Source: an uncultured Candidatus Binatia bacterium (lineage in GTDB: Bacteria; Desulfobacterota; Binatia; UBA9968; JAJDTQ01). From it: DNA of 64,000 nt. The stretch is from the NCBI GenBank assembly GCA_965215605.1, contig OZ244070.1:3104001-3168000 (forward strand), written 5' to 3'. Shown here piece by piece: positions 18,134-26,697 of the stretch. The translations under genes and the position numbers were made by a program. Under the pieces are notes generated by a model. That model had not been told where the DNA came from, ran no database searches, and was given only the letters and a program-made list of their open reading frames with translations. The number at the start of each line of letters is the position of its first letter. Position 1 is the first letter of the stretch.

Positions 18134-19194
18134 GCGGGGTGTTCATGGACTGCCGGGAGCCAGAGATCGACGCCGCAATGCAGAGCGGCATCCCCGTGCT
18201 GAGAGTCGGCGACTTTCTTGCCGGCGTTCCCGGCGCCCGGGAACGGCTGGCGGCCGAGTTGCGCCACGCCCTCGAGCGCGTGGGTTTCTACTACATCCAC
18301 GGCCACGACGTGCCCCAGGCGCTCATCGACGGCGTCTTTGCCGAGTGCGTCCGCTTCCACGCCCGGCCGCTGGCCGAGAAGATGGCGGTCCGCGGCAACG
18401 AGCACAACGTGGGATACATGCCGGTGAACGGGTACGTGTCCCGGAGCTCCCGTGTGGAGAAGGCCACCCGTCCGAACTTCGTCGAGGCGTACTTCCTGAA
18501 GCGGGACCTGCCCGCGGACCATCCGGACGTGGCGGCGAACGTGCGCTACCGTTGCGCCAACCCGTGGCCGGACCCTCGCGTCCTGCCGGGGTTCCGGGAG
18601 ACGGTGGTGGCCTATCTGGACGTCATGGAACGGCTCTGCAGGCGCATGTTGCCGCTCTACGCCACGGCGCTGGAGCTGGCGCCGGACTACTTCGACGAGG
18701 CTTTCGCGGAACCCCAGTACACCTTGAGGATGTCGCACTACCCGCCGGCCGAGCACGGCGACGCCGAGCAGTACGGGCTGGCGCCGCACACGGATTCGAG
18801 TTTCCTCACCATGCTGCCGCAGTCCGAGTTGCCCGGTCTGGCCATCCGCATGCCCTCGGGCGAGTGGAGCGATGCGCCGGCGGCGCCCGGCACCTTTCTG
18901 GTCAACTCCGGCGACATGCTGCGCCGGTGGACCAATCACCGCTTCCTCTCCACCCCGCACCGGGTGGTGAACTGCAACGCCGGCCGGGACCGCTACGCCA
19001 TCCCGTTCTTCTTCGATGCGACCCACGATTTCGTCATGGAATGCCTGCCCACGTGTCAGGGGCCGGACAACCCGGTGCGCTACGAGCCCATCACCTACGG
19101 CGAATACATGCGCTGGTTCGCGCGGCAGTATGACCACGTGCGGGACCATGACCGTCATGAGCCCGAAGCCCCGGGCGTGCCCACGGTCGGATAG
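18130..19194 (+). CDS. Isopenicillin N synthase-like 2OG-Fe(II) oxygenase
   Basis: VGFYYIHGH, LRMSHYP, PHTD (HxD), WTNHRFLSTPHRV, RYAIPFF. Start could be 18130, 18145 or 18178. Confidence 0.9.
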   Translation: MSGVFMDCREPEIDAAMQSGIPVLRVGDFLAGVPGARERLAAELRHALERVGFYYIHGHDVPQALIDGVFAECVRFHARPLAEKMAVRGNEHNVGYMPVNGYVSRSSRVEKATRPNFVEAYFLKRDLPADHPDVAANVRYRCANPWPDPRVLPGFRETVVAYLDVMERLCRRMLPLYATALELAPDYFDEAFAEPQYTLRMSHYPPAEHGDAEQYGLAPHTDSSFLTMLPQSELPGLAIRMPSGEWSDAPAAPGTFLVNSGDMLRRWTNHRFLSTPHRVVNCNAGRDRYAIPFFFDATHDFVMECLPTCQGPDNPVRYEPITYGEYMRWFARQYDHVRDHDRHEPEAPGVPTVG

Positions 19195-19467
19195 GTCGCG
19201 GACGGGATACCCGTGCGTCAATGTCAAGACACGACGTCAATTTGGTAACAGGTTCTGTGGAAAAACCCTGTGCATATCTCCTGAACGCGAGCCAAATGCC
19301 CCTGTTCATCCGGGATTCAGCGGATTGCATCATTTTTGCGCACTGATTTTTGGTGGAAAACCGAATAGTTGCGAAGATTGGGTTCAACGGACCTCGCGTA
19401 TGCGGCGCCTGCCCACTCTGCGCGGCCAGGGCCGGTTTGCCGCTAAGTTACTGATTCCCAACAGACT

Positions 19468-21588
19468 ATGAGCCCGAACGCCAACATGCGCGCTTTACTT
19501 CGGCCCGACTCGGTCGCCGTGGTCGGCGCATCTCCCAAAGCCAGCACCGGTGGACGGCTGTTGGATAGCCTCCTTTCCTCCGGTTTCCGGGGGGCCGTCT
19601 ATCCCGTCAATCCGAATTACACCGAGATGAGGGGCAAGCCCTGTTATCCGTCGCTCAAGGCGCTCCCCGAGGTGCCGGATTGCGTGGTGGTGGCATTGCC
19701 TGTCACCAGCGTGCTGCCCGTGATCGAGGAAGCCGCGGCCGCCGGCGTGCCCTCGGGGGTGGTGGTCGCCGAGGGTTTTGCGGACGGCGATACCGCGGAA
19801 GGCCGCCGCCGGCAACTCGAGCTCCAGCGCCTTGCGGACGCCAACGGGATGGCCATCACCGGGCCGTGCTGCATGGGCCTTGCCAGCCTCCAGTACGGTT
19901 TCGCCAACTCCTACTTCGCCATCCCCGACGACGCCGTCCCGGGCGGAGTCTCCCTGATTTGTCAGAGCGGCGGCTTGACCAGCGCCGTCACCGAGCTCGG
20001 CGCCAGCCGCAACGTCGGTTTCAACTACATTGTTTCGAGCGGCAACGAGGCCGTGGTGGAGATGGGCGACTATATCGAGTATTTCGCCGACGATCCCGAG
20101 ACCCGGGTCATCGCCTGCATCATGGAAGGGGCCAAGGACGGGGCGAAGCTGCGCCGGGTCTTGGCATCCACCACCCGGAAGAAACCCGTGGTGGTGCTGA
20201 AGCTGGGCCGCACCGAGTCGGGGAGGAGGGCCACCGTAGCCCATACCGGCACGCTGGCCGGGCAGCAGGAGGCCTACGCGGCGTTGTTTCACGAGACCGG
20301 CGTGTCGCTGGTGGACAGCATCGACGAGCTGGTGGAGACCGCGGGACTCTTCATCCACGCGCCTCGTCCCGCCGGCGGGAACGTCGTGTTTCTTACCATC
20401 TCCGGCGGGGCCACGGCACTCATCAGCGACGTGAACGGGACCGTGGGGCTCCAGTGCCGGACCTTGAGCGCGGCGACGAACTCGAGGCTCCAGGAGATCC
20501 TGGAGGTGGACCGGCCCTTCGGCAATCCCATCGATACGGTGGGGATGCCGCGCGCCGCGCGGGGAACGAATCTTACGGCGGTGCTCGATACGCTCCTGGA
20601 CGACGACGAAGTCGACCTCGTGGGACTGGCCCTCAGCATGAAGCGCGAGACCGGGCCGGGTCAGCAGCACCTTCTGGATCAACTGGCGGCGCGCTCCCGG
20701 ACCACGCCGAAGCCCATCTTCGTGCTGTCGTTGGCCTCCAACAGCCTCACCCATGATTACCGGGCGTTTTCGGAGCAGACGGGCGTCCCTCTCTTGGAGG
20801 ATGTGGCCCGGGGGATGAAGGCGGTGCGCAAGCTCGTCGACTACGCGACGTTCCGCCGCAGGGATAAGCCGGCCCGTAAACCGGCGCCGTCCGTGGATTT
20901 CCGTCCGCCGGACGGCGCGGGCGCCCTTACGGAATACGACAGCAAGAGAATACTGGCGCGTGCAGGCATCACCATGACGCGGGAACAGCTCGCCGAAACT
21001 CCCGAGCAGGCCGTCGAGATCGCGGAGAGCCTCGGCCATCCGGTGGCCCTGAAGGCCCAGTCGCCCGACGTGCCTCACAAGTCGGATGCTGGCGGGGTCT
21101 ATCTCGGAGCCGCCACCGCCGAGGAAGTCGAGACGGCGTATCTCCGCGTCATCAGGCGCGTCAAGGCGGTCCACCCGGACGCCCGCATCGACGGCGTGCT
21201 GGTGCAGGAAATGGTCTCCGACGGGTTGGAGGTCATCATCGGTATGGTGCACGACCCGCAGTTCGGCCCGCTGGTGATGCTGGGGCTGGGGGGCATCTAC
21301 GTGGAAGTGCTCAAGGACGCCGCCTTCCGGCTGCCGCCGCTGGACGAGGAAGACGTGCGCGAGATGCTGGCGGAGTTGAGGGGCGGCGCGCTGCTGAGCG
21401 GTCTGCGGGGCCGGGAGCGCCGGGACGTGGACGCCCTGGTCGGGTGCGTGGTCCGATTCGGCGACTTCGTGACCCACAACGCCGGCCGCTTCACCTCGGT
21501 GGAGATGAACCCGGTGATGGTGCGTCCCGAGGGCCGCGGGGTGGTGGTGGCGGACGCCCTGATCACGGTGTCCGCCGAGCCGGGGTAG
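19468..21588 (+). CDS. Acetate--CoA ligase (ADP-forming) family protein, fused CoA-binding and ATP-grasp domains
   Basis: VAVVGAS, YPVNP, SGNEA, phospho-His in AHTGTLAG, HKSDAGGV, FGPLVMLGLGG, EMNP. Confidence 0.92.
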   Translation: MSPNANMRALLRPDSVAVVGASPKASTGGRLLDSLLSSGFRGAVYPVNPNYTEMRGKPCYPSLKALPEVPDCVVVALPVTSVLPVIEEAAAAGVPSGVVVAEGFADGDTAEGRRRQLELQRLADANGMAITGPCCMGLASLQYGFANSYFAIPDDAVPGGVSLICQSGGLTSAVTELGASRNVGFNYIVSSGNEAVVEMGDYIEYFADDPETRVIACIMEGAKDGAKLRRVLASTTRKKPVVVLKLGRTESGRRATVAHTGTLAGQQEAYAALFHETGVSLVDSIDELVETAGLFIHAPRPAGGNVVFLTISGGATALISDVNGTVGLQCRTLSAATNSRLQEILEVDRPFGNPIDTVGMPRAARGTNLTAVLDTLLDDDEVDLVGLALSMKRETGPGQQHLLDQLAARSRTTPKPIFVLSLASNSLTHDYRAFSEQTGVPLLEDVARGMKAVRKLVDYATFRRRDKPARKPAPSVDFRPPDGAGALTEYDSKRILARAGITMTREQLAETPEQAVEIAESLGHPVALKAQSPDVPHKSDAGGVYLGAATAEEVETAYLRVIRRVKAVHPDARIDGVLVQEMVSDGLEVIIGMVHDPQFGPLVMLGLGGIYVEVLKDAAFRLPPLDEEDVREMLAELRGGALLSGLRGRERRDVDALVGCVVRFGDFVTHNAGRFTSVEMNPVMVRPEGRGVVVADALITVSAEPG

Positions 21589-21657
21589 GCAGGGGGCCTT
21601 CTCGCCGGCAAGGTGCAACCCCCGGCCGCCGTCCGTAACGGTACACAAGGAGCTTCG

Positions 21658-22458
21658 ATGAGCTACGACAACATCCTCTATGAAGTGACCGACCATGTGG
21701 CCACCATCACCCTCAACCGGCCGGAGTCGATGAACGCCATCAACTACAAGACCCGCGACGAGTTGCACGCCGCGTGCGGACAGGTCTCCACGGACCCCGA
21801 CGTCTGGGTATGCATCATCACCGGCGCCGGAGAACGGGCTTTTTGCACCGGGCTCGACCTGAAGGAGCGGGCGCGGGAAGTGGACGATTCAACGTTTTTC
21901 GAGAAGCGACGGGTACGCAACCGGTCAAGCATGCACGGCCAGAACCTGCCGGTGGCGACTATGGAAAAACCCACTATCGCGGCCATCAGGGGCTACGCCG
22001 TGGGCGGCGGTCTGGAGCTGGCGCTGGCCTGCGACATCCGGGTGGCCGCGGAGGACGCCAAGCTCGGCATGTTCGAGGTCCGGCGCGGCCGTCTGGGGGG
22101 CGGCGGCGGCACCCAGCGCCTGCCGCGGCTCATCGGCATGGCCAGGGCGCTGGAGCTGAGCCTGACGGGCGAGGCCGTGGGCGCCGAGGAGGCCCTGCGC
22201 ATCGGTCTCGTGAACAAGGTGGCGCCGGTGGACGGCTACATGGACGTGGCGCGGGAGATCGCCGCCAAGATCTGTCTCGGCGCGCCGTTGTCGGTCATCG
22301 CCATCAAGGAAGCCATCACGAAGGGGATCCAGCTTCCCCTGGAACAGGGCCTGAAGCTCGAGAGCGACCTGGGCCTGGCGCTGTCCACCACCGAGGACCA
22401 GAAGGAAGGCTCCCGCGCCTTCGCCGAGAAGCGTCCGGCGGTGTGGAAGGCCCGTTAG
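21658..22458 (+). CDS. Enoyl-CoA hydratase/isomerase
   Basis: ITLNRPE, AFCTGLDL, GGGLELALACDIR, GMFEV, GGTQRLPR. Confidence 0.92.
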   Translation: MSYDNILYEVTDHVATITLNRPESMNAINYKTRDELHAACGQVSTDPDVWVCIITGAGERAFCTGLDLKERAREVDDSTFFEKRRVRNRSSMHGQNLPVATMEKPTIAAIRGYAVGGGLELALACDIRVAAEDAKLGMFEVRRGRLGGGGGTQRLPRLIGMARALELSLTGEAVGAEEALRIGLVNKVAPVDGYMDVAREIAAKICLGAPLSVIAIKEAITKGIQLPLEQGLKLESDLGLALSTTEDQKEGSRAFAEKRPAVWKAR

Positions 22459-22482
22459 GCCATCGAATACACAGGAGGAACC

Positions 22483-23655
22483 ATGAGCACCAATCTGAGC
22501 GGAAAATACGCCATCGCCGGCGTGGGACAGAGCCCCTTGGGCAAGGTGCCCGAGCTCGGCCCCATCGGACTCTTCGCGGTGGCGGCCAAGAACGCCATCG
22601 AGGATGCCGGCCTGAAGAAGGAGGACGTGGACGGCCTTATCACCCGCGGACCGGACGACGTCTACTGCCACCACCAGCGCGTGGGAGAAGCGTTGGGACT
22701 GAACGTCACCTTCAGCACCTCCACCGCCAACGGCGGCGCGAGCCAGACCATGGCCGTGGCGATGGCGTGCATGGCCATCGAGGCCGGCGTTTGCAACACC
22801 GTGGTGGTGGGTTACGGCCGCGACACTTGGTCGCGGACCCATCGCAACGCCGAGGCCAAGCAGGCGGTGGCTTCCAGCCCGCGGACGTACTCGGAGTTCG
22901 GTTCCGAGTTCGGCCGGTTCGGCGCGCCGGTGAACTACGCGGTTTCGGCCCGGCGCCACATGGAGCGTTTCGGCACTACCAAGGCACAGCTCGGCGCCAT
23001 CGCCGTGGCGTTCCGAAACCACGCCGGCAAGAACCCTCACGCCTTCATGAAGAAGCCCCTGACCCTGGACGAGTACCTGGGCGCGCGGCTCATCGTGGAC
23101 CCGCTCTGTCTTTTCGATTGCAGCGTGTTCATCGACGGCGCCGGGGCGGTGGTGGTGACCAGCGCGGAGCGCGCCCGGGATCTCCGGCAGCCGCCCGCCT
23201 ATGTCCGCGGCTTCGGTTTCGGCAACCGCCTGAGCGGGTGGTACAACGACGACAACATGATCAACACCGGCGCCAAGGAAGCGGGGGAGGCGGCCTACAA
23301 GATGGCGGGCATCGGCCCCCGGGACGTGGACACCGCCCAGATCTACGACTGCTTCACCCACATGGTGCTGCTGCAGCTCGAGGACTACGGCTTCTGCGCC
23401 AAGGGCGAGGGCGGGCCTTTCGTCGGCTCCGGGGCGTTGGAATTCGACGGCGTCCTGCCCACCAACACCTCCGGCGGCCAGCTCTCGGAAGGGCACATCG
23501 AGGGCATGCTCCAGGTGCTGGAAGGCGCCCGTCAGGTCCGCCGCGAGCACACCCCCGACCGCCAGGTGAAGGACTGCAATATCGCCTTCGTGTCCGGTCA
23601 CGGCGGCAACACGGTGTGCCAGTCGGCGTTGATCCTGGGGAGGGAGGCGGGATGA
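22483..23655 (+). CDS. SCP2/Ltp2-type thiolase-fold protein
   Basis: NGGAS (no nucleophilic Cys), IYDCFT, PTNTSGGQLSEGH. Coupled to the DUF35 gene. Confidence 0.88.
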   Translation: MSTNLSGKYAIAGVGQSPLGKVPELGPIGLFAVAAKNAIEDAGLKKEDVDGLITRGPDDVYCHHQRVGEALGLNVTFSTSTANGGASQTMAVAMACMAIEAGVCNTVVVGYGRDTWSRTHRNAEAKQAVASSPRTYSEFGSEFGRFGAPVNYAVSARRHMERFGTTKAQLGAIAVAFRNHAGKNPHAFMKKPLTLDEYLGARLIVDPLCLFDCSVFIDGAGAVVVTSAERARDLRQPPAYVRGFGFGNRLSGWYNDDNMINTGAKEAGEAAYKMAGIGPRDVDTAQIYDCFTHMVLLQLEDYGFCAKGEGGPFVGSGALEFDGVLPTNTSGGQLSEGHIEGMLQVLEGARQVRREHTPDRQVKDCNIAFVSGHGGNTVCQSALILGREAG

Positions 23656-24077
23656 GCGAGTACAACAAGCCGCTGCCGCCGCCGACCGTGGAATCCGAGC
23701 CCTTCTGGGACGGGTGCAAGCGCCACGAACTGGTGGTGCCCCGCTGCGACGCCTGCTCGAACCACTGGTTCCCTCCCACCGCCACCTGCCCCGAGTGCTG
23801 GAGCACCGAGTGGACATGGACCCGGGTGAGCGGCAAGGGAAAGGTCTATTCGTTCGGCGTCTACCACCGGGCCTACCACAAGGGGTTCGCCGACGAGCTG
23901 CCTTACGCCCTGGTGGTGGTGGAACTGGAAGAGGGTCCGCGGCTCACCACCAACGTGGTGGGCTGCAAGCCCGACGAGTTGAGCTGCGACATGCCGGTGG
24001 AGGTGGTGTTCGAGGAAGTCACCGACGACCGGACCCTGTACAAGTTCAAACCCGTGAACGATAGTTGGCGGAGGTAA
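23652..24077 (+). CDS. DUF35 Zn-ribbon/OB-fold protein (ChsH2-C-like)
   Basis: ATG overlaps the thiolase stop. PFWDG, CDAC...CPEC, VELEEGPRL. Confidence 0.9.
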   Translation: MSEYNKPLPPPTVESEPFWDGCKRHELVVPRCDACSNHWFPPTATCPECWSTEWTWTRVSGKGKVYSFGVYHRAYHKGFADELPYALVVVELEEGPRLTTNVVGCKPDELSCDMPVEVVFEEVTDDRTLYKFKPVNDSWRR

Positions 24078-24079
24078 TC

Positions 24080-25249
24080 ATGCTGCACAGCACCGAACGC
24101 ATTCTTGTGACCCATACCGGCAGCCTGCCGCGCCCGCGACAGCTCATCGACATGATGCTGGCCGAAAACGAGGGCAGCCCCGTCGATCCGGCGGAGTACG
24201 AGGACAAGCTCCGGGGCGCGGTCCACGACATCGTGCGCCGGCAGATGGACCTGGGCGTCGACATCGTCGACGACGGCGAGCTCAGCAAGCGCGGGTTCGC
24301 GGTCTATGCCCACCAGCGGCTCGACGGCCTCAGCCCCACCGGCCGGGTGCGGGTGTCGCCCTGGGACAACTCCCGGGAATCCCAGGCGTTCCCGGAGCAC
24401 TACGGGTACTACAGCCCGGTGCCCGGAGCCAAGCCCAACCCCAGCAACATGCAGATGGCCTGCACCGGCCCCATCGCCTACAAGGCCCAGGAGCGCGTGA
24501 CGCAGGACCTGGCGAACCTGAAGGCCGCGGTGGAGGAAGCCGGAGCCGCGGAGGCCTTCGTGCCGGCCATCTCCCCCTGCGACGTGGCCGGTAACCAGGA
24601 GAACGAGTACTACAAGAGCGACGAGGAGTTCCTGTTCGCCATCGCCGAAGCCCTCAGCGTGGAATACCGGGCCATCGTCGACGCCGGCTTCCTGCTCCAG
24701 ATCGACGACCCGCTGCTCATCAACTACTACGTCAAGAACCCGGAACTGAGCATGGCCCAGTGCCGCGCCTGGGCCGAAGGTCAGATCGAGGCCATCAACC
24801 ACGCGCTGCGTGACATCCCCGAGGACCGGGTGCGCTACCACACCTGCTACGGCATCAACATGGGTCCCCGGGTCCACGACATGGAGATGAAGGACTACAT
24901 CGACATCGTGCTCAAGATCCGCGCCGGCGCCTTCTCCTTCGAGGCCTCCAACCCGCGCCACGAGCACGAGTGGACCATCTGGAAGGACATCAAGCTGCCC
25001 GACGGTAAACTCATCATCCCAGGCGTCATCACCCAGTCGTCGGTGGTGGTGGAGCACCCCGAGCTCATCGCCCAGCGCCTCGAACGCTTTGCCAGCGTGG
25101 TGGGCCGTGAGAACGTCATCGCCGGCAGTGACTGCGGCTTCGGCACCCAGGCTCTGGAGGTCCCGGAAATCCACCCCGCTATCGTCTGGGCCAAGTTCCA
25201 GGCCATGTCGGAGGGGGCAAGGCTGGCGAGCGAGCGGCTGTGGGGGTGA
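24080..25249 (+). CDS. Cobalamin-independent methionine synthase II / epoxyalkane:CoM transferase-like protein
   Basis: THTGSLPRP, DDGE, QIDDP, Zn ligands in YHTCYG and DCGFGT, EASNPRHEHE. Confidence 0.88.
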   Translation: MLHSTERILVTHTGSLPRPRQLIDMMLAENEGSPVDPAEYEDKLRGAVHDIVRRQMDLGVDIVDDGELSKRGFAVYAHQRLDGLSPTGRVRVSPWDNSRESQAFPEHYGYYSPVPGAKPNPSNMQMACTGPIAYKAQERVTQDLANLKAAVEEAGAAEAFVPAISPCDVAGNQENEYYKSDEEFLFAIAEALSVEYRAIVDAGFLLQIDDPLLINYYVKNPELSMAQCRAWAEGQIEAINHALRDIPEDRVRYHTCYGINMGPRVHDMEMKDYIDIVLKIRAGAFSFEASNPRHEHEWTIWKDIKLPDGKLIIPGVITQSSVVVEHPELIAQRLERFASVVGRENVIAGSDCGFGTQALEVPEIHPAIVWAKFQAMSEGARLASERLWG

Positions 25250-25355
25250 GGATGGCAGCTTAATCGGATAGAAATCTCGAATTCCGCCGCCCGGAGCCGC
25301 TGATCCGCATTCTGGACTACGCGCAAAATGGACCGCGGCCGTCGACTGGCGTTCC

Positions 25356-25413
25356 GACCAAAATACGATATATCGTAGAATTATCTTGACCAAAATACGA
25401 TGGTGTGCATAAT
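25356..25413 (+). promoter_or_regulatory. Promoter with direct repeats and a palindrome
   Basis: GACCAAAATACGAT at 25356-25369 and 25388-25401. Palindrome TACGATATATCGTA at 25364-25377. TTGACC-16 nt-CATAAT ends 8 nt before ATG 25422. Confidence 0.65.
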
Positions 25414-25421
25414 GGTCAGGC

Positions 25422-26630
25422 ATGGATGCGGAATCGCGCGTCTACGATGCGTTACTGGCCGAGCATTTGGCTGCCAACCGGCAGATGGCGTTCGTCAGCG
25501 GGCCACGGCAGGTAGGCAAGACTACGACGTGCCGGCGTCACGCCGACAACTACTGCAACTGGGACAATCTCGATGACCGGGAACTGGTGCTGGCGGGTCC
25601 GGCCGACCTTGCCGTCGCCATGGGGGCGAACCGGCTCTCCAGCGCAACGCCGGTGGCGCTCTTCAATGAGCTTCACAAGTTCCCTTCCTGGAAGCCGTTC
25701 CTGAAAGGGTTGTTCGACACCTACGGAGACGGGCTTCGCGTCATCGTCACCGGCAGCAGGCGACTGGACGTCTACCGCCGGGGCGGTGACAGCCTGATGG
25801 GGCGGTACTTCGCCTATCGGATGCATCCGTTCTCCGTGGCCGAGGTGGTAAGCAGGGAGCTTCCCGACGCGGAGCGGATCGTCCGGGCTCCGGGCCGGAT
25901 CGACGCGGCCGATTTCGAAGCGCTGTGGCGTCACGGAGGATATCCGGAGCCGTTCCTCAAGCGCGACATGCGTTTCAGCCGCAGGTGGCGTTCGCTGCGC
26001 CTCGCGCAACTGGTCCGGGAAGACATCCGCGACCTCACCCAGGTTCAGCAGATCGACCAGTTGGAGGTGCTGGTCCAACGATTGAGCCGGCAGTCCGGGC
26101 GTCAGCTCGTGTACGGCAACCTCGCCAGGGAGGTACGCGTGTCAGCGGATACGATCCGCCGGTGGGTGGCCGCCTTGTGTGATTTCCACCTGGGCTTTCT
26201 GGTCAGGCCGTGGTTCCGGAACGTCTCGCGATCGTTGCGCAAGGAGCCCAAGTGGTACCTGAGAGACTGGGCGGACATCGCGGATGCTGGGCAGAAGGCG
26301 GAGACTTTCGTCGCGTGTCACCTCCTCAAGGCAGTCGACGGCTGGAACGACATGGGCCTCGGCCGGTTCGAGCTCGGCTATCTGCGTGACCGGGAGAAGC
26401 GGGAAGTGGATTTTCTTGTTACCCGCGAGGGGAAGCCTTGGTTCCTCGTCGAGGTCAAGCACCGCGACGAGTCCATGAGCCGGACGCTCAAGTACTACCA
26501 GGAACATCTCGGCGCACCGTTTGCGTTCCAGGTGGTCGTCGATGCCGACTATGTCGACGCCGACTGTTTCGCAAGGCCGGGGCCGCCGCTCGTCGTGCCG
26601 GCCAAGACCTTCCTGTCCCAGCTCCTGTAA
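25422..26630 (+). CDS. AAA_14/DUF4143-type ATP-binding protein with a C-terminal PD-(D/E)xK-like domain
   Basis: GPRQVGKT Walker A, IVTGS, GGYPEP, KEPKWY, EVDFLV...VEVK. Confidence 0.88.
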   Translation: MDAESRVYDALLAEHLAANRQMAFVSGPRQVGKTTTCRRHADNYCNWDNLDDRELVLAGPADLAVAMGANRLSSATPVALFNELHKFPSWKPFLKGLFDTYGDGLRVIVTGSRRLDVYRRGGDSLMGRYFAYRMHPFSVAEVVSRELPDAERIVRAPGRIDAADFEALWRHGGYPEPFLKRDMRFSRRWRSLRLAQLVREDIRDLTQVQQIDQLEVLVQRLSRQSGRQLVYGNLAREVRVSADTIRRWVAALCDFHLGFLVRPWFRNVSRSLRKEPKWYLRDWADIADAGQKAETFVACHLLKAVDGWNDMGLGRFELGYLRDREKREVDFLVTREGKPWFLVEVKHRDESMSRTLKYYQEHLGAPFAFQVVVDADYVDADCFARPGPPLVVPAKTFLSQLL

Positions 26631-26632
26631 CT

Positions 26633-26674
26633 TTGTCAACGCCGTTGACAACACGAATGCCCCTTCGGTAATGT
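26633..26674 (+). promoter_or_regulatory. Palindromic operator overlapping the -35 of the selenoprotein operon promoter
   Basis: TTGTCAAC-GCC-GTTGACAA at 26633-26651. TTGACA at 26645-26650, 18-nt spacer, TAATGT at 26669-26674. Confidence 0.55.
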
Positions 26675-26697
26675 CTCGCAGATAGCTCACGCGTGCG

